From contig DCTT01000026.1 in assembly GCA_002329295.1 (NCBI GenBank), forward strand, positions 463,135 through 527,134: 64,000 nucleotides of DNA, given 5' to 3'. This stretch comes from Eubacteriaceae bacterium UBA1433 (GTDB lineage Bacteria; Bacillota; Clostridia; Eubacteriales; UBA1433). A program made the translations under genes and the position numbers. A model generated the notes under the pieces. The model saw nothing but the letters and a program-made list of their open reading frames with translations. It searched no databases and was not told the origin of the DNA. Shown here piece after piece: positions 1 to 9,155 of this stretch (the stretch's first letter is position 1; each line of letters opens with the position of its first letter).

Positions 1-182
1 AAAATAATATAGTATAAAAAAATATTATCATAGTTTTATCGTGAAATCAAACAATGATTCATCATTTTTTATAAAAAGAGATTTTGTATTGCAAAACAGA
101 TTGAATCATGATAATATATTAATATAACATAATATTATAATATATAATACAATACCATAACATGATAGGGAGGAAACTAAAA

Positions 183-737
183 ATGAAAAAAAGAATTTGG
201 TTTACCGCTTTGGTGTTGATATTTAGTGGAATTTTATTTTCGTGTACTGCTTCGCATGAAAAAATGTTGACTTATGAGGCAAATCAAGTGGGTGCGTTGG
301 GACCTTATCAAATTCGAACACTTTCTTATGACGATGGATTTTCTTTGCCGGGGTTGAAAGAAAACTATGATACGCAAGGTCGGTTTGTTGTGGCAGAAAT
401 AGAGATTGTTGCCATGTATTCGATTGATGAGGGATATGGACCGCTTACAATCAAAGCGGTGGATTCGGCAAAGCGGGAATTTGCGCTTTATGATGCCAGC
501 GAAGATATTGCCGAACGCATGAAATATGAAAGTTCCGAATTTATGGTTCGGGATGATCTATTGCAGGCAGGAGAGGCGAAAAAAGCGATTTTTGTTTTTG
601 AATTGCCCAGAGAATCCTTGACAAAAGCGCTTCTCATCACCTATCAGGAAGAAAGTGCGATGTATTCTATTGATAAAGCCCGTGACGGTGTGAACGATTT
701 AAATATTTGTTTCGATGCAACAAAGTGTCCTTATTAG
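183..737 (+). CDS. Small lipoprotein of unknown function (DUF4352-like is a guess)
   Basis: ORF 162..737. Start moved to ATG 183, which follows AGGGAGG. N-terminus MKKRIWFTALVLIFSGILFSC has a signal peptide plus a lipobox Cys. Confidence 0.6.
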   Translation: MKKRIWFTALVLIFSGILFSCTASHEKMLTYEANQVGALGPYQIRTLSYDDGFSLPGLKENYDTQGRFVVAEIEIVAMYSIDEGYGPLTIKAVDSAKREFALYDASEDIAERMKYESSEFMVRDDLLQAGEAKKAIFVFELPRESLTKALLITYQEESAMYSIDKARDGVNDLNICFDATKCPY

Positions 738-845
738 AAAAAATAAAACAGCAGGCTTTTCTTTTTTCTGAAAACATTTGATGATAGTCGTGCTATAATA
801 AGGTGTGAAAACAGCAACGAGCGCAAAATGGTTGGGAGGAAATAA

Positions 846-1622
846 ATGAGCGGAACAGTCAATATGGAAAAATTGACAAAAGAATTGGTTGCATGGATGC
901 AGACGGAATTAAGCAAATCCGGCGGCAGCAAAATTGTTTTGGGTATCTCCGGCGGCAAAGACAGTTCGGTTGTAGCAGCGCTGTCTGTCAGAGCGGTCGG
1001 CAAAGAAAATGTGTACGGTGTTTTGATGCCCAATGCCCGTCAAGATGATATTGCGTGTGCTTATCAATTGGTCGAACTGTTGGATATTCAACATATTACC
1101 TGCGATATAGCGCCGATGGTAAATGCTTTTACAAAAACGCTTGAGGGACCGACAGGATTGTTTTTTGATGAAGTCAGCAGCCAAACATTTATTAATATGC
1201 CTCCTCGCATACGCATGACGTTGTTGTATGCGATATCCCAATCAATCGAAGGGAGCCGTGTCGTCAACACAGGCAATCTGTCAGAACGCTGGATAGGTTA
1301 TACAACGCTATATGGCGATACCATTGGCGCTTTTTCGCCTTTGGGAGGACTGACCAGTGAAGAGGTGATGGAGCTGGGCATCTACTTGAATCTTCCGGCA
1401 GTATTGGCGCGAAAAGTGCCCGCGGACGGTTTGAGCGGAAAAACCGATGAAGAAAATATCGGATTTTCGTATCAAGTGCTCAATCGCTATATTCGTCAGG
1501 GAATCTGTGAAGATGCACAAATCAGAGCAAAAATTGATTGCTTGCATGCGAGAAATAAATTTAAATTCCAACCGATGGCATACTTTCCTTCTCCATTGCC
1601 GATTTTGGCAAAAGATGAATAA
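846..1622 (+). CDS. nadE: NH3-dependent NAD+ synthetase
   Basis: PP-loop motif GISGGKDSSVVAAL. Length of 258 aa fits. GGAGG RBS lies 6 nt upstream of the ATG. Confidence 0.9.
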   Translation: MSGTVNMEKLTKELVAWMQTELSKSGGSKIVLGISGGKDSSVVAALSVRAVGKENVYGVLMPNARQDDIACAYQLVELLDIQHITCDIAPMVNAFTKTLEGPTGLFFDEVSSQTFINMPPRIRMTLLYAISQSIEGSRVVNTGNLSERWIGYTTLYGDTIGAFSPLGGLTSEEVMELGIYLNLPAVLARKVPADGLSGKTDEENIGFSYQVLNRYIRQGICEDAQIRAKIDCLHARNKFKFQPMAYFPSPLPILAKDE

Positions 1623-1662
1623 GAAGGTGCTTTGCTAAGTAAGGATGATAAAGAAAAAATTG

Positions 1663-1691
1663 AAAGAAGCAGGCATCTTGCCTGCTTCTTT
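1663..1691. terminator. Bidirectional rho-independent terminator between convergent genes
   Basis: Perfect hairpin gaaagaagcaggca/tgcctgcttctttc with A-rich and T-rich flanks, located between nadE and the minus-strand ORF. Confidence 0.75.
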
Positions 1692-1715
1692 CATAACAGG
1701 AATTTTTAATAAAAA

Positions 1716-2486
1716 TCAACGTTTTTTGATATGAGTTTCGACATAAGAAAAAAGATTGCATTTGCTGAGAGCCGCTTCATTAAACAATGCCCGAGGAGCG
1801 GCGTGTTTAACCAGATAAGCATATTCGCTGGGAAATTGATCAGGCGGGTATCGAAGGGTGTCGATTTTAGAAAACACAAAACGCATGGTTTGAATAGCAG
1901 AGGGATTTTGCGGATTGCGATAGTCAACAAAGATGTGATACCGGATTTCCTGCACGTTCAAATAACGTGTTGTGGCCGTAGTGCGAATGGGCATATCATC
2001 TCCTTCGATCAGCTCGTAGCGCAGGTCTTCGATATCGGAAAAACGCAAAATCAATAATACATCGTCAGGGTCTTGACTTACAAAAATAAGACTGTTATTG
2101 CCTGCCAATACAGCATAGGCTTCGTTTTTTGTAAGCGGGGACGTTCCTTCTAAGTATTGGCACAGCAGCACGGCTACGGCATTATTTTGTTTTAAAAGGG
2201 GATAGATGGATTCTCGATAGGTTTTTGCCAGTTGTTCATCGGCTTCCCGTTTGTTTTCGGCGATGTCCAAATCGAAAAGTTCGCGTGCTTTTTTGTTGCG
2301 AATCATACGAACGGGAAACAAAACAAACAGTTGCAGTGCGGCATAGGCGGCAAAAGGCCACGAAAGAAACCAGATGATTTTACCGACAGGTGTGTTGCTG
2401 CCTAAAAATACCGAGGCAATAATACAAGTAGCAAAAAGAATGCCGGATAATGCTGCATGAACAAAGGTCTTTTTTAACGGAGTCAT
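1716..2486 (-). CDS. Membrane-anchored protein of unknown function (two N-terminal TM helices plus a soluble domain)
   Basis: ORF 1716..2693. Start moved to the internal ATG at 2486 (MTPLKKTF...), which follows GGGAGAA. Hydrophobic N-terminus. No motif recognised. Confidence 0.5.
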   Translation of the reverse strand: MTPLKKTFVHAALSGILFATCIIASVFLGSNTPVGKIIWFLSWPFAAYAALQLFVLFPVRMIRNKKARELFDLDIAENKREADEQLAKTYRESIYPLLKQNNAVAVLLCQYLEGTSPLTKNEAYAVLAGNNSLIFVSQDPDDVLLILRFSDIEDLRYELIEGDDMPIRTTATTRYLNVQEIRYHIFVDYRNPQNPSAIQTMRFVFSKIDTLRYPPDQFPSEYAYLVKHAAPRALFNEAALSKCNLFSYVETHIKKR

Positions 2487-2626
2487 GATAGTTATTCTCC
2501 CATGAATAAGAGTAGTATTATTATACACAAAATGAAGATAATTGCAATGAAGAGTTGCGGGCAGAGAAAGCATAAAAAAAGAGACTGCCTGGCAGTCTCT
2601 TTTGTCCGGAAAATCTGAGATTGGCG

Positions 2627-3394
2627 TCAAGACCGGATTTCCGCAACGAGGTTTTGGTATGCGTTCAGCAAAAACATAGCATCCATGCCGCAAGTCACGG
2701 AATCATATCCCCAACCAAGTTTGAGTTTGCTATCTGCCGCGGAGCCGGAGAAAATAAACGAAAGCTTGCCGGCGTCCTTGCAGACTTTTTGAATGCGCTT
2801 CATGGCATCGACCATGATAGGATTGGTCATTTGACCGGGAATGCCGAGAGAAATAGAAAGGTCAAAGGGGCCTACAAAAATGCCGTCAACGCCGTCAACG
2901 GCGACAATATTTTCTAAATCTTCCAAACATTCTACGGTTTCACATTGCGGGATGAGCAGTGTCTTTTCGTTGGATTGTTGAAAATGTTTTTCTAAATCGT
3001 TGGCGTATTCCGAGGTGCCGAAAGCACTGGCCGCTGTGTGAGCAAACCCTCTGTTGCCCACTGGGAAATATTTGCCGTATTCAACGATTTTCTTGACTTC
3101 ATCAACGGTTTTGACACAGGGAATCACCAAGCCTTTTGCGCCGGCGTCCAGCATTTTTAGAATGGCAGCGCGCGAAATCTCTTTTACGCGAACAAAAGGA
3201 ACCGAACCGCGGTATTCCGCTGCGCAAATAGCCATTTTTGCCGTTTCCAAATCGATGGAGCCGTGTTCGGTATCAATGATGATATAGTCTATGCCGGAAA
3301 GTGCAATGCATTCCATGGCGGTTTGGCCGCCCAAATCATAAAAGGTACCGATGGGTTTCTTGCCTTCCTGAATCATCTTTCTTATTTTACTCAT
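2627..3394 (-). CDS. HpcH/HpaI-family aldolase (2-keto-3-deoxy-acid aldolase type)
   Basis: Family-typical IIIDTEHG and ...VRV... blocks. Start set at MSKIRK (3394), which follows GGAGG. Confidence 0.8.
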   Translation of the reverse strand: MSKIRKMIQEGKKPIGTFYDLGGQTAMECIALSGIDYIIIDTEHGSIDLETAKMAICAAEYRGSVPFVRVKEISRAAILKMLDAGAKGLVIPCVKTVDEVKKIVEYGKYFPVGNRGFAHTAASAFGTSEYANDLEKHFQQSNEKTLLIPQCETVECLEDLENIVAVDGVDGIFVGPFDLSISLGIPGQMTNPIMVDAMKRIQKVCKDAGKLSFIFSGSAADSKLKLGWGYDSVTCGMDAMFLLNAYQNLVAEIRS

Positions 3395-3601
3395 ACAAAC
3401 CTCCAATATAGTATTTTGATAATATTGTTCATATTATACCATCATTATACTATAAAAAGTTTTCCGGGTGAACAGTTTATAAATGTAATTTTGAGCAGCA
3501 ACAGAAAAATAACGGAAAAAAAGAAGTCAGTACAACGGAAACGAACTTTTCGAATAGAGCACAACAAATAGACGAAAAGGAAAAATATCGCTCAAAACCT
3601 C

Positions 3602-3630
3602 TTGACGAAACAGGACGGGTATGTTATATT
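3602..3630 (+). promoter_or_regulatory. Sigma-A-type promoter for the T-box leader and metY-metA
   Basis: TTGACG (3602-3607), 17-nt spacer, then TGtTATATT extended -10 (3622-3630). Confidence 0.7.
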
Positions 3631-3636
3631 GTGGCA

Positions 3637-3907
3637 AATATTGAAAACTTGATAGAGAGAAGAGTAGTGTTTGCAGATGCTTTTCAGAGAGCTTTGAGGC
3701 GGTGAAACAAAGCAAGCGGATAAAACAGGAAGATGGTCTCTCTTTAGGATCAGCTGAGGGCGATTGCCTTAGGTTGATACGGGCGCTCCCGTTATAGAGA
3801 TAAGATATGATGGTATCTGATGAGGTTGCTATTGCGAGGTAGCAACGAAGTAAGGTGGTAACACGGTTTTTCCCGTCCTTTCAATGAAGGGGCGGGAATT
3901 TTTTTTC
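3637..3907 (+). promoter_or_regulatory. T-box leader (tRNA-sensing riboswitch), probable Met specifier AUG at 3733-3735, with intrinsic terminator
   Basis: Stem I GA/AGAGA...AGTA elements. GAGAGA (5') pairs with TCTCTC (3'), closing a specifier loop ...GGAAG-AUG-G. T-box sequence is AAGGTGGTAACACGG (3853-3867). Terminator is tcccgtcc/ggggcggga plus T8 (3871-3907). Met biosynthesis genes lie downstream. Confidence 0.8.
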
Positions 3908-3980
3908 AAAACATCGTATCAGAGATGAAAATGAACGAGCAGAAAAGATTTAAAAAAACAATAGGAAAGGATCGACGAAG

Positions 3981-5261
3981 ATGAAAAAACAAAAAATAGA
4001 CACAATATGCGTACAAGCGGGATATGAAGCAAAAAACGGAGCGCCGCGCATTGCGCCGATTGCTCAGTCCACGACATACAAATATGACAATGCCGATGAA
4101 TTGGCGGAACTGTTTGATTTAAAAAAAGAGGGTCATATGTACAGCCGCATCTCGAATCCTACGGTAGCGGTGTTAGAAAATAAAGTTGCGGCAATGGAAG
4201 GGGGCATAGGCGCGTTGGCTGTCTCGGCAGGACAAGCGGCAACTTTGTTGGCGATTTTAACCATTTGCAATTGCGGTGAACATCTCGTTGCCCTTAACAA
4301 CCTTTATGGAGGAACGTTTACTCTTATCGGTTCCACATTAAAAAAATTCGGCATTGAAACCACCTTTGTCAGTGCAGAAGATGATGATGAAACCATTGAA
4401 CGTGCGATTTTGCCCAATACAAAGTTGATCTTGGCAGAAAGTTTGAGTAATCCCGGTGTAGAGGTACTGGATATTGAACGTTTCAGTGCCCTTGCACATA
4501 GAAACGACCTTCCGTTGTTTGTGGACAACACGTTTCCGACTCCTGTGTTGCTCAAACCCTTTGACTACGGTGCAGATATCGTGATTCATTCGGCGACAAA
4601 ATATTTAGACGGTCATGCCACCAGCGTGGGCGGTGTGATTGTGGATAGCGGGAACTTTGATTGGACAAGAGGCAAATTTCCCCATTTGACCGAAGAAGAC
4701 CCGAATTATCATGGACTAAGTTATACAAAAGCATTCGGTAAAAGCGCTTTTATTACGAAAGCGCGTGTGGTATTTGTTCGTGACTTGGGCACATTGATGA
4801 CTCCGTTCAATGCATTTTTGATTAATTTGGGTACGGAAACATTAGCGCTTCGCATGGAGCGACATAGCGAAAATGCCTTGAAAGTTGCGCAGTTTTTGGA
4901 ACAACATCCGCAAATTGAGTGGATACATTATCCCCATTTGCCCTCGTCACCATCTTATGCTCTTGCGCAAAAATATTTGCCGAAGGGAGCTGCCGGCGTG
5001 TTGTCGGCAGGCATCAAAGGAGGTTTGGAAAACACCAAAAAGTTTATCAACAGCCTCAAATTGGCTTCGCTGGTGGTGCATGTAGGGGATATTCGAACCC
5101 ACGCTTTGCACCCCGCCAGCATGACGCACCGCCAATTATCGGCGGAAGATCAATTGAAAGCGGGGATTAAACCCAACATGGTTCGTCTGTCTATCGGCAT
5201 TGAAGATATTGAAGATATCGTAGCGGATTTGGATCAGGCGTTGCAAAAAAGCGTTATATAA
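3981..5261 (+). CDS. metY: O-acetylhomoserine sulfhydrylase (PLP-dependent Cys/Met metabolism family)
   Basis: PLP-lysine motif SATKYLDGH. N-terminus ...TICVQAGY... is typical of the family. 426 aa. Confidence 0.9.
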   Translation: MKKQKIDTICVQAGYEAKNGAPRIAPIAQSTTYKYDNADELAELFDLKKEGHMYSRISNPTVAVLENKVAAMEGGIGALAVSAGQAATLLAILTICNCGEHLVALNNLYGGTFTLIGSTLKKFGIETTFVSAEDDDETIERAILPNTKLILAESLSNPGVEVLDIERFSALAHRNDLPLFVDNTFPTPVLLKPFDYGADIVIHSATKYLDGHATSVGGVIVDSGNFDWTRGKFPHLTEEDPNYHGLSYTKAFGKSAFITKARVVFVRDLGTLMTPFNAFLINLGTETLALRMERHSENALKVAQFLEQHPQIEWIHYPHLPSSPSYALAQKYLPKGAAGVLSAGIKGGLENTKKFINSLKLASLVVHVGDIRTHALHPASMTHRQLSAEDQLKAGIKPNMVRLSIGIEDIEDIVADLDQALQKSVI

Positions 5262-5290
5262 AAAACGGAACATAAGGAGGGAAAAAAACC

Positions 5291-6220
5291 ATGCCATTAA
5301 TTGTACACCAGGATTTGCCCGCCAAGGCGGCGTTGGAAGCGGAAAATATTTTTACGATGAGCGATACCAGGGCGCAAAGCCAGGATATCAGGCCGCTGAA
5401 GGTGGCGATTTTAAATTTGATGCCGACAAAAGAAGTAACAGAGCTGCAATTTTTGCGCATGTTGTCTAATACGCCCTTGCAGGTGAATATCGATTTGATT
5501 CGTACAGAGAGTTATGAGTCAAAAAACGCCGACAGAGGACATTTGCGGAAATTTTATAAGACCTTTACGGAAATCAAAAACAACAAATATGATGCAATGA
5601 TTGTTACGGGAGCGCCTGTTGAACGAATGAAATATGAAGAAGTGCTTTATTGGAAAGAATTAAAAGAAATTCTTGATTATGTGCGCAAAAATGTATTTTC
5701 CGCGCTGTTTGTGTGCTGGGCGGCACAGGCGGCACTCTATCACTATTACGGTATTGAGAAGCATGATGCAGGAAAAAAGATCTTTGGCGTATATGAATTT
5801 AAAACAATAGGTAAAAATGTGCTGACAAAAGGATTTGATGATATTTATTATGTGCCGCAATCACGTTATACTTACAACAAAGGCGAAGATTTAGCGGGCA
5901 TTGAAGATTTGATTGTATGGGCAGAACGCCCTGAAACGGGCGTGCAGTTGGCGACTACGAGAGACTATCGACTGATTTTCGCTTCCGGTCACGGAGAATA
6001 TGACAGTGATACGCTGTATAACGAATATATACGTGACAAAGCAAAGGGAGAAGAAATCACATTGCCGTCAAATTATTTTGTTAACGATGATGAGGATCAG
6101 GGTATTGTTGTCAAATGGCGTTCCCATGCGAATTTGTTTTTTGCCAATTGGCTGAATTATTGCGTCTACCAGGAAACGCCTTATGACATTACCCAAATTC
6201 CCGGAAAAGAAATTTTATAA
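5291..6220 (+). CDS. metA: Homoserine O-acyltransferase (MetA/HTS family)
   Basis: MPLIVHQDLPA...LKVAILNLMPTK N-terminus and the VCWAAQAAL active-site Cys region. 309 aa. Confidence 0.9.
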   Translation: MPLIVHQDLPAKAALEAENIFTMSDTRAQSQDIRPLKVAILNLMPTKEVTELQFLRMLSNTPLQVNIDLIRTESYESKNADRGHLRKFYKTFTEIKNNKYDAMIVTGAPVERMKYEEVLYWKELKEILDYVRKNVFSALFVCWAAQAALYHYYGIEKHDAGKKIFGVYEFKTIGKNVLTKGFDDIYYVPQSRYTYNKGEDLAGIEDLIVWAERPETGVQLATTRDYRLIFASGHGEYDSDTLYNEYIRDKAKGEEITLPSNYFVNDDEDQGIVVKWRSHANLFFANWLNYCVYQETPYDITQIPGKEIL

Positions 6221-6582
6221 CGGCTTTGGGTTTTGAAAACGCTGTTAGGAAAGCACCTCTTTAAAACAGAGATGTCAAAGCGTTCAAACGGATTTTTTTG
6301 CAAGACATAAAGCGTACGGGAAATAAAAAAATCGAACAAAAAACGTGAAAATGCAAAAATATTTGAGCAAAAGGGATGCTTTCAATCGGTGATACAATCA
6401 TTGTTTCGGCTGATGGCAGCAAAAAACGGAGAAACAGAAACAAAAAGATAAATTTGTGGATATAGAAAAAGCTTCCGAAACAGGTTGAAAGACACTTTTT
6501 GTTTTCAAAAAGCAGACTTTATATTCGTCTTCGTTGTTTTTAAATCACAAAAAGACAAAGAAGTTTTTTGCCTGCAAACATA

Positions 6583-6617
6583 CCATGCGGATGCAGAAAA
6601 ATCCGCATGGTTTTTTT
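6583..6617 (+). terminator. Strong plus-strand rho-independent terminator with no assigned gene directly upstream
   Basis: 10-bp perfect stem ccatgcggat/atccgcatgg, 8-nt loop, then T7. Confidence 0.8.
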
Positions 6618-6701
6618 GATAAAAAATTGTATCGACAACGTTAGGGAAGCAAAAAAACGTCACGAAAAAAAGGTGTTTTCCGAAAAGTGTAAAACAGTAA
6701 A

Positions 6702-7424
6702 TCAATGGCGATGATGACGGGAAGAGCGGAAAATATAACGATAGCGTGAAAAGATCAGCCAGAGCATCAATATGCAGCTGAGAGAGGCGAGCCAGAGAGG
6801 AAAATCGTTATATGGCTGCCTGTGAATCATGGCAGAAGCGATGATGAGATAAGTGGCGACAAAAGATAACCAAGGGCGATTGTGATAAACTTGTGCAATG
6901 GCGAGCAAGAGGCCGGCGATAAACATTTCCAGACTCAGCAAAAAGTCTCCAAAGGCGCTTTGTGCGAAAAAACCGAAGCCGAAAAAAACGGCGGTGCAGA
7001 GGATATAGGCAGCGGCATCCGGGATAAGACGAGGCAGGATGAAAAACGCAAAAACCCATAAACCGAAGGAAATACAAAAAGATAACAGTGCATATCGAAC
7101 ATAAAAAGGGATGGGGTGCAATGTTGTCAAGAGCCCCGGCAACGCCTCCGAAAGGATGGAAATTAAAAAAACAACAAGGAGGGTAATGAAAAACGACAAA
7201 AAAAGATTACGCTTTGCGGGCAGCGTTCGCAGCAGCCGATAGCGGCTGTATTCCAATGGCAGGAGTGTACCTGCGATAACGGCAAAAACAATGCTGAACA
7301 AAATCTGTGGAAGCAGACCGGAAAACAGGCGCATATTTTGCAGCATTTGAGGGGCGGCCCAGCAAACAAAAAAGAAAGTCAGCAATAAAAAAAATTGACT
7401 ATAAGTGTTTTTTTTCAGTTTCAT
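6702..7424 (-). CDS. Polytopic membrane protein of unknown function
   Basis: 240-aa ORF with about 7 hydrophobic segments. No catalytic motif recognised (CPBP-like motifs are not convincing). Confidence 0.5.
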   Translation of the reverse strand: MKLKKNTYSQFFLLLTFFFVCWAAPQMLQNMRLFSGLLPQILFSIVFAVIAGTLLPLEYSRYRLLRTLPAKRNLFLSFFITLLVVFLISILSEALPGLLTTLHPIPFYVRYALLSFCISFGLWVFAFFILPRLIPDAAAYILCTAVFFGFGFFAQSAFGDFLLSLEMFIAGLLLAIAQVYHNRPWLSFVATYLIIASAMIHRQPYNDFPLWLASLSCILMLWLIFSRYRYIFRSSRHHRH

Positions 7425-7531
7425 ATTTCTGCAACTCCGATGGTTGTTGGTAGAAAAAACAATCTCGTTTCAACAATAGCATAACAAAGATATTGGAGAA
7501 AAGGTTTTTTTGCCGTTTGTCAAAAGTGATG

Positions 7532-7912
7532 TCATGTTTCAATGAGTTTTTGTTGCAACCAGGTTTTCAGTAAGGCGGCATGGTTGTTTTTTTCGTCTTT
7601 TGAAGCGTAAAGAAGCGTAACGGGAGCTGTTTTTATTTCCTCGGAAATAAAAGATAAAAAATCGTGTGCGGCCTCATTTGCATCCAATTCGTTGTAGTAT
7701 TGTTCAGAAAAATCAGAAAAGTCGCTTTGCTTGTTCGCTAAAGCCTTGCACAGTGCTTGTGACGGCGCAAGCGATTTGTTCCAGGATGTCAAAGCAAGCT
7801 TTTCTTTGGAAATGCCCCGAGGCCATAGGCGATCAACCAAGATGCGTTGACCATCGGTTTCCTCGGCGGGAACGTAGACGCGTTTAATCTGTAAAGGGTA
7901 CAAAATACTCAC
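7532..7912 (-). CDS. DUF488-family protein
   Basis: 126 aa. The ...VDRLWPRGISKE... block is typical of DUF488. Confidence 0.7.
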   Translation of the reverse strand: MSILYPLQIKRVYVPAEETDGQRILVDRLWPRGISKEKLALTSWNKSLAPSQALCKALANKQSDFSDFSEQYYNELDANEAAHDFLSFISEEIKTAPVTLLYASKDEKNNHAALLKTWLQQKLIET

Positions 7913-8081
7913 CTCACTGCGCTGAATTTTCCTCTATTATATCACGGTTTATGAATCGTGATGGAATAAAATACGCAAATGTTCCATCCGAAATGGTCGT
8001 TGTCAATTGTTTGAAATTGTGATAGGCTTATAATGTAAAAAATACAAGTTTTGGCATGTGTTTATAGGAGAAAAAAACAAA

Positions 8082-9140
8082 ATGACGCAAAGTTTTTGGC
8101 AGGTCACGTTTTTGAACAATACCGTAAAACAATATGTTTTGTTTGCGATTGTTTTGGTTGCGGGAATGTTGACGGCATTGGTTTTAAAACATGTTTTTTT
8201 GAAACGGGGACGAAAATGGGCAGAGCGAAATACATCGCCGGCAAAAGCAAACGGAATAGATTTGTTAGAAAAATATTTAATGCCTGCCGTATACATTTTT
8301 GTCTTTTATATCAGTGTGCGCGTTTTGACCTTAAACGGAATCGCAAGCCGTGTTTTTCGTTTGATTACTCTTGCGGGCATAATTGTTTTTGCCGCAATTT
8401 TTGCTTCGAAATTATTGGTGTTTCTTTTTGCAAAATATTGGGAAAAGAAAAAAAATCAAGAAAACGAAACACTTGTGCGCTGGGTGGGCATGGCTATTCA
8501 AGCAGCGGTTTGGGTGGTTGCCTTTCTTCTTTTTGCCGACAATGCAGGCATTAAGCTCACTTCGGTTATCACGGGGCTTGGGTTGGGGGGAATTGTCCTG
8601 GCATTTGCGGCGCAAGAGGTGTTGAAGGATATTTTTTGCTATTTCAGCATCGTATTTGATCGCCCGTTTGAAACGGGAGATTTTATTTCAGTGGAGCAAT
8701 ACAGCGGAAACGTGGAGCACATTGGTATCAAGACAACGCGACTTCGCAGTCTCAGTGGTGAGGAACTGATTTTTTCCAACAAAGATTTGACGGATTCTCG
8801 CGTGAAAAATTTTCGATCCCTTGAAGCGCGGCGTGTATTGTTTGAGCTAAACATTTCCTACGAAACTTCCAATGAAAAATTGCAAATAATTCCGCAATTG
8901 GTACAAGAGGTGATTGATCGACAAAAGGATACGCGTTTTGAGCGAGCTTATTTTATGCGCTTTGGTGAATATAGCCTGATCTATGAAGTGGCCTATTATG
9001 TGTACAGCAAAGACTATGAAAAATATGTAGGGATTCAGCAGGTAATCAATTTCGGAATCAAAGAATCCTTTGAAGCGCAAGGTATTGAATTTGCCTACAG
9101 AGAAGCGGGACCATGGTCGAGCCTGTCAAAAAAAGTATAA
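8082..9140 (+). CDS. Small-conductance mechanosensitive channel (MscS family)
   Basis: N-terminal TM helices followed by the MscS beta-domain block GDFISVEQYSGNVEHIGIKTTRLRSLSGEELIFSN. Start moved to ATG 8082, which follows AGGAG. Confidence 0.85.
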   Translation: MTQSFWQVTFLNNTVKQYVLFAIVLVAGMLTALVLKHVFLKRGRKWAERNTSPAKANGIDLLEKYLMPAVYIFVFYISVRVLTLNGIASRVFRLITLAGIIVFAAIFASKLLVFLFAKYWEKKKNQENETLVRWVGMAIQAAVWVVAFLLFADNAGIKLTSVITGLGLGGIVLAFAAQEVLKDIFCYFSIVFDRPFETGDFISVEQYSGNVEHIGIKTTRLRSLSGEELIFSNKDLTDSRVKNFRSLEARRVLFELNISYETSNEKLQIIPQLVQEVIDRQKDTRFERAYFMRFGEYSLIYEVAYYVYSKDYEKYVGIQQVINFGIKESFEAQGIEFAYREAGPWSSLSKKV

Positions 9141-9155
9141 AATGAGGAGGCCGAT

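Noticed and set aside
6233-6247. A cre-like sequence TTGAAAACGCTGTTA just after metA, and a weaker one near 28056-28069 in the UxaA operon leader.
   Set aside because: Each has at least one mismatch at invariant positions. The first is not in a promoter or early coding context, so neither is called as a CcpA site.
7950-7975. A short inverted repeat ATCACG-N10-CGTGAT upstream of the DUF488 gene.
   Set aside because: The arms are only 6 bp and have no T-run or promoter context. This is compatible with chance.
8051-8554. A 167-aa ORF overlapping the 5' half of the MscS gene in another frame, plus the N-terminal extensions of many listed ORFs (for example 1716..2693, 16210..17136, 48184..49206, 28589..30022, 25570..26592).
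   Set aside because: The extensions run through promoter, terminator or neighbouring-gene sequence and lack an RBS. Internal ATG or TTG starts preceded by GGAGG-like sites give proteins of canonical length.
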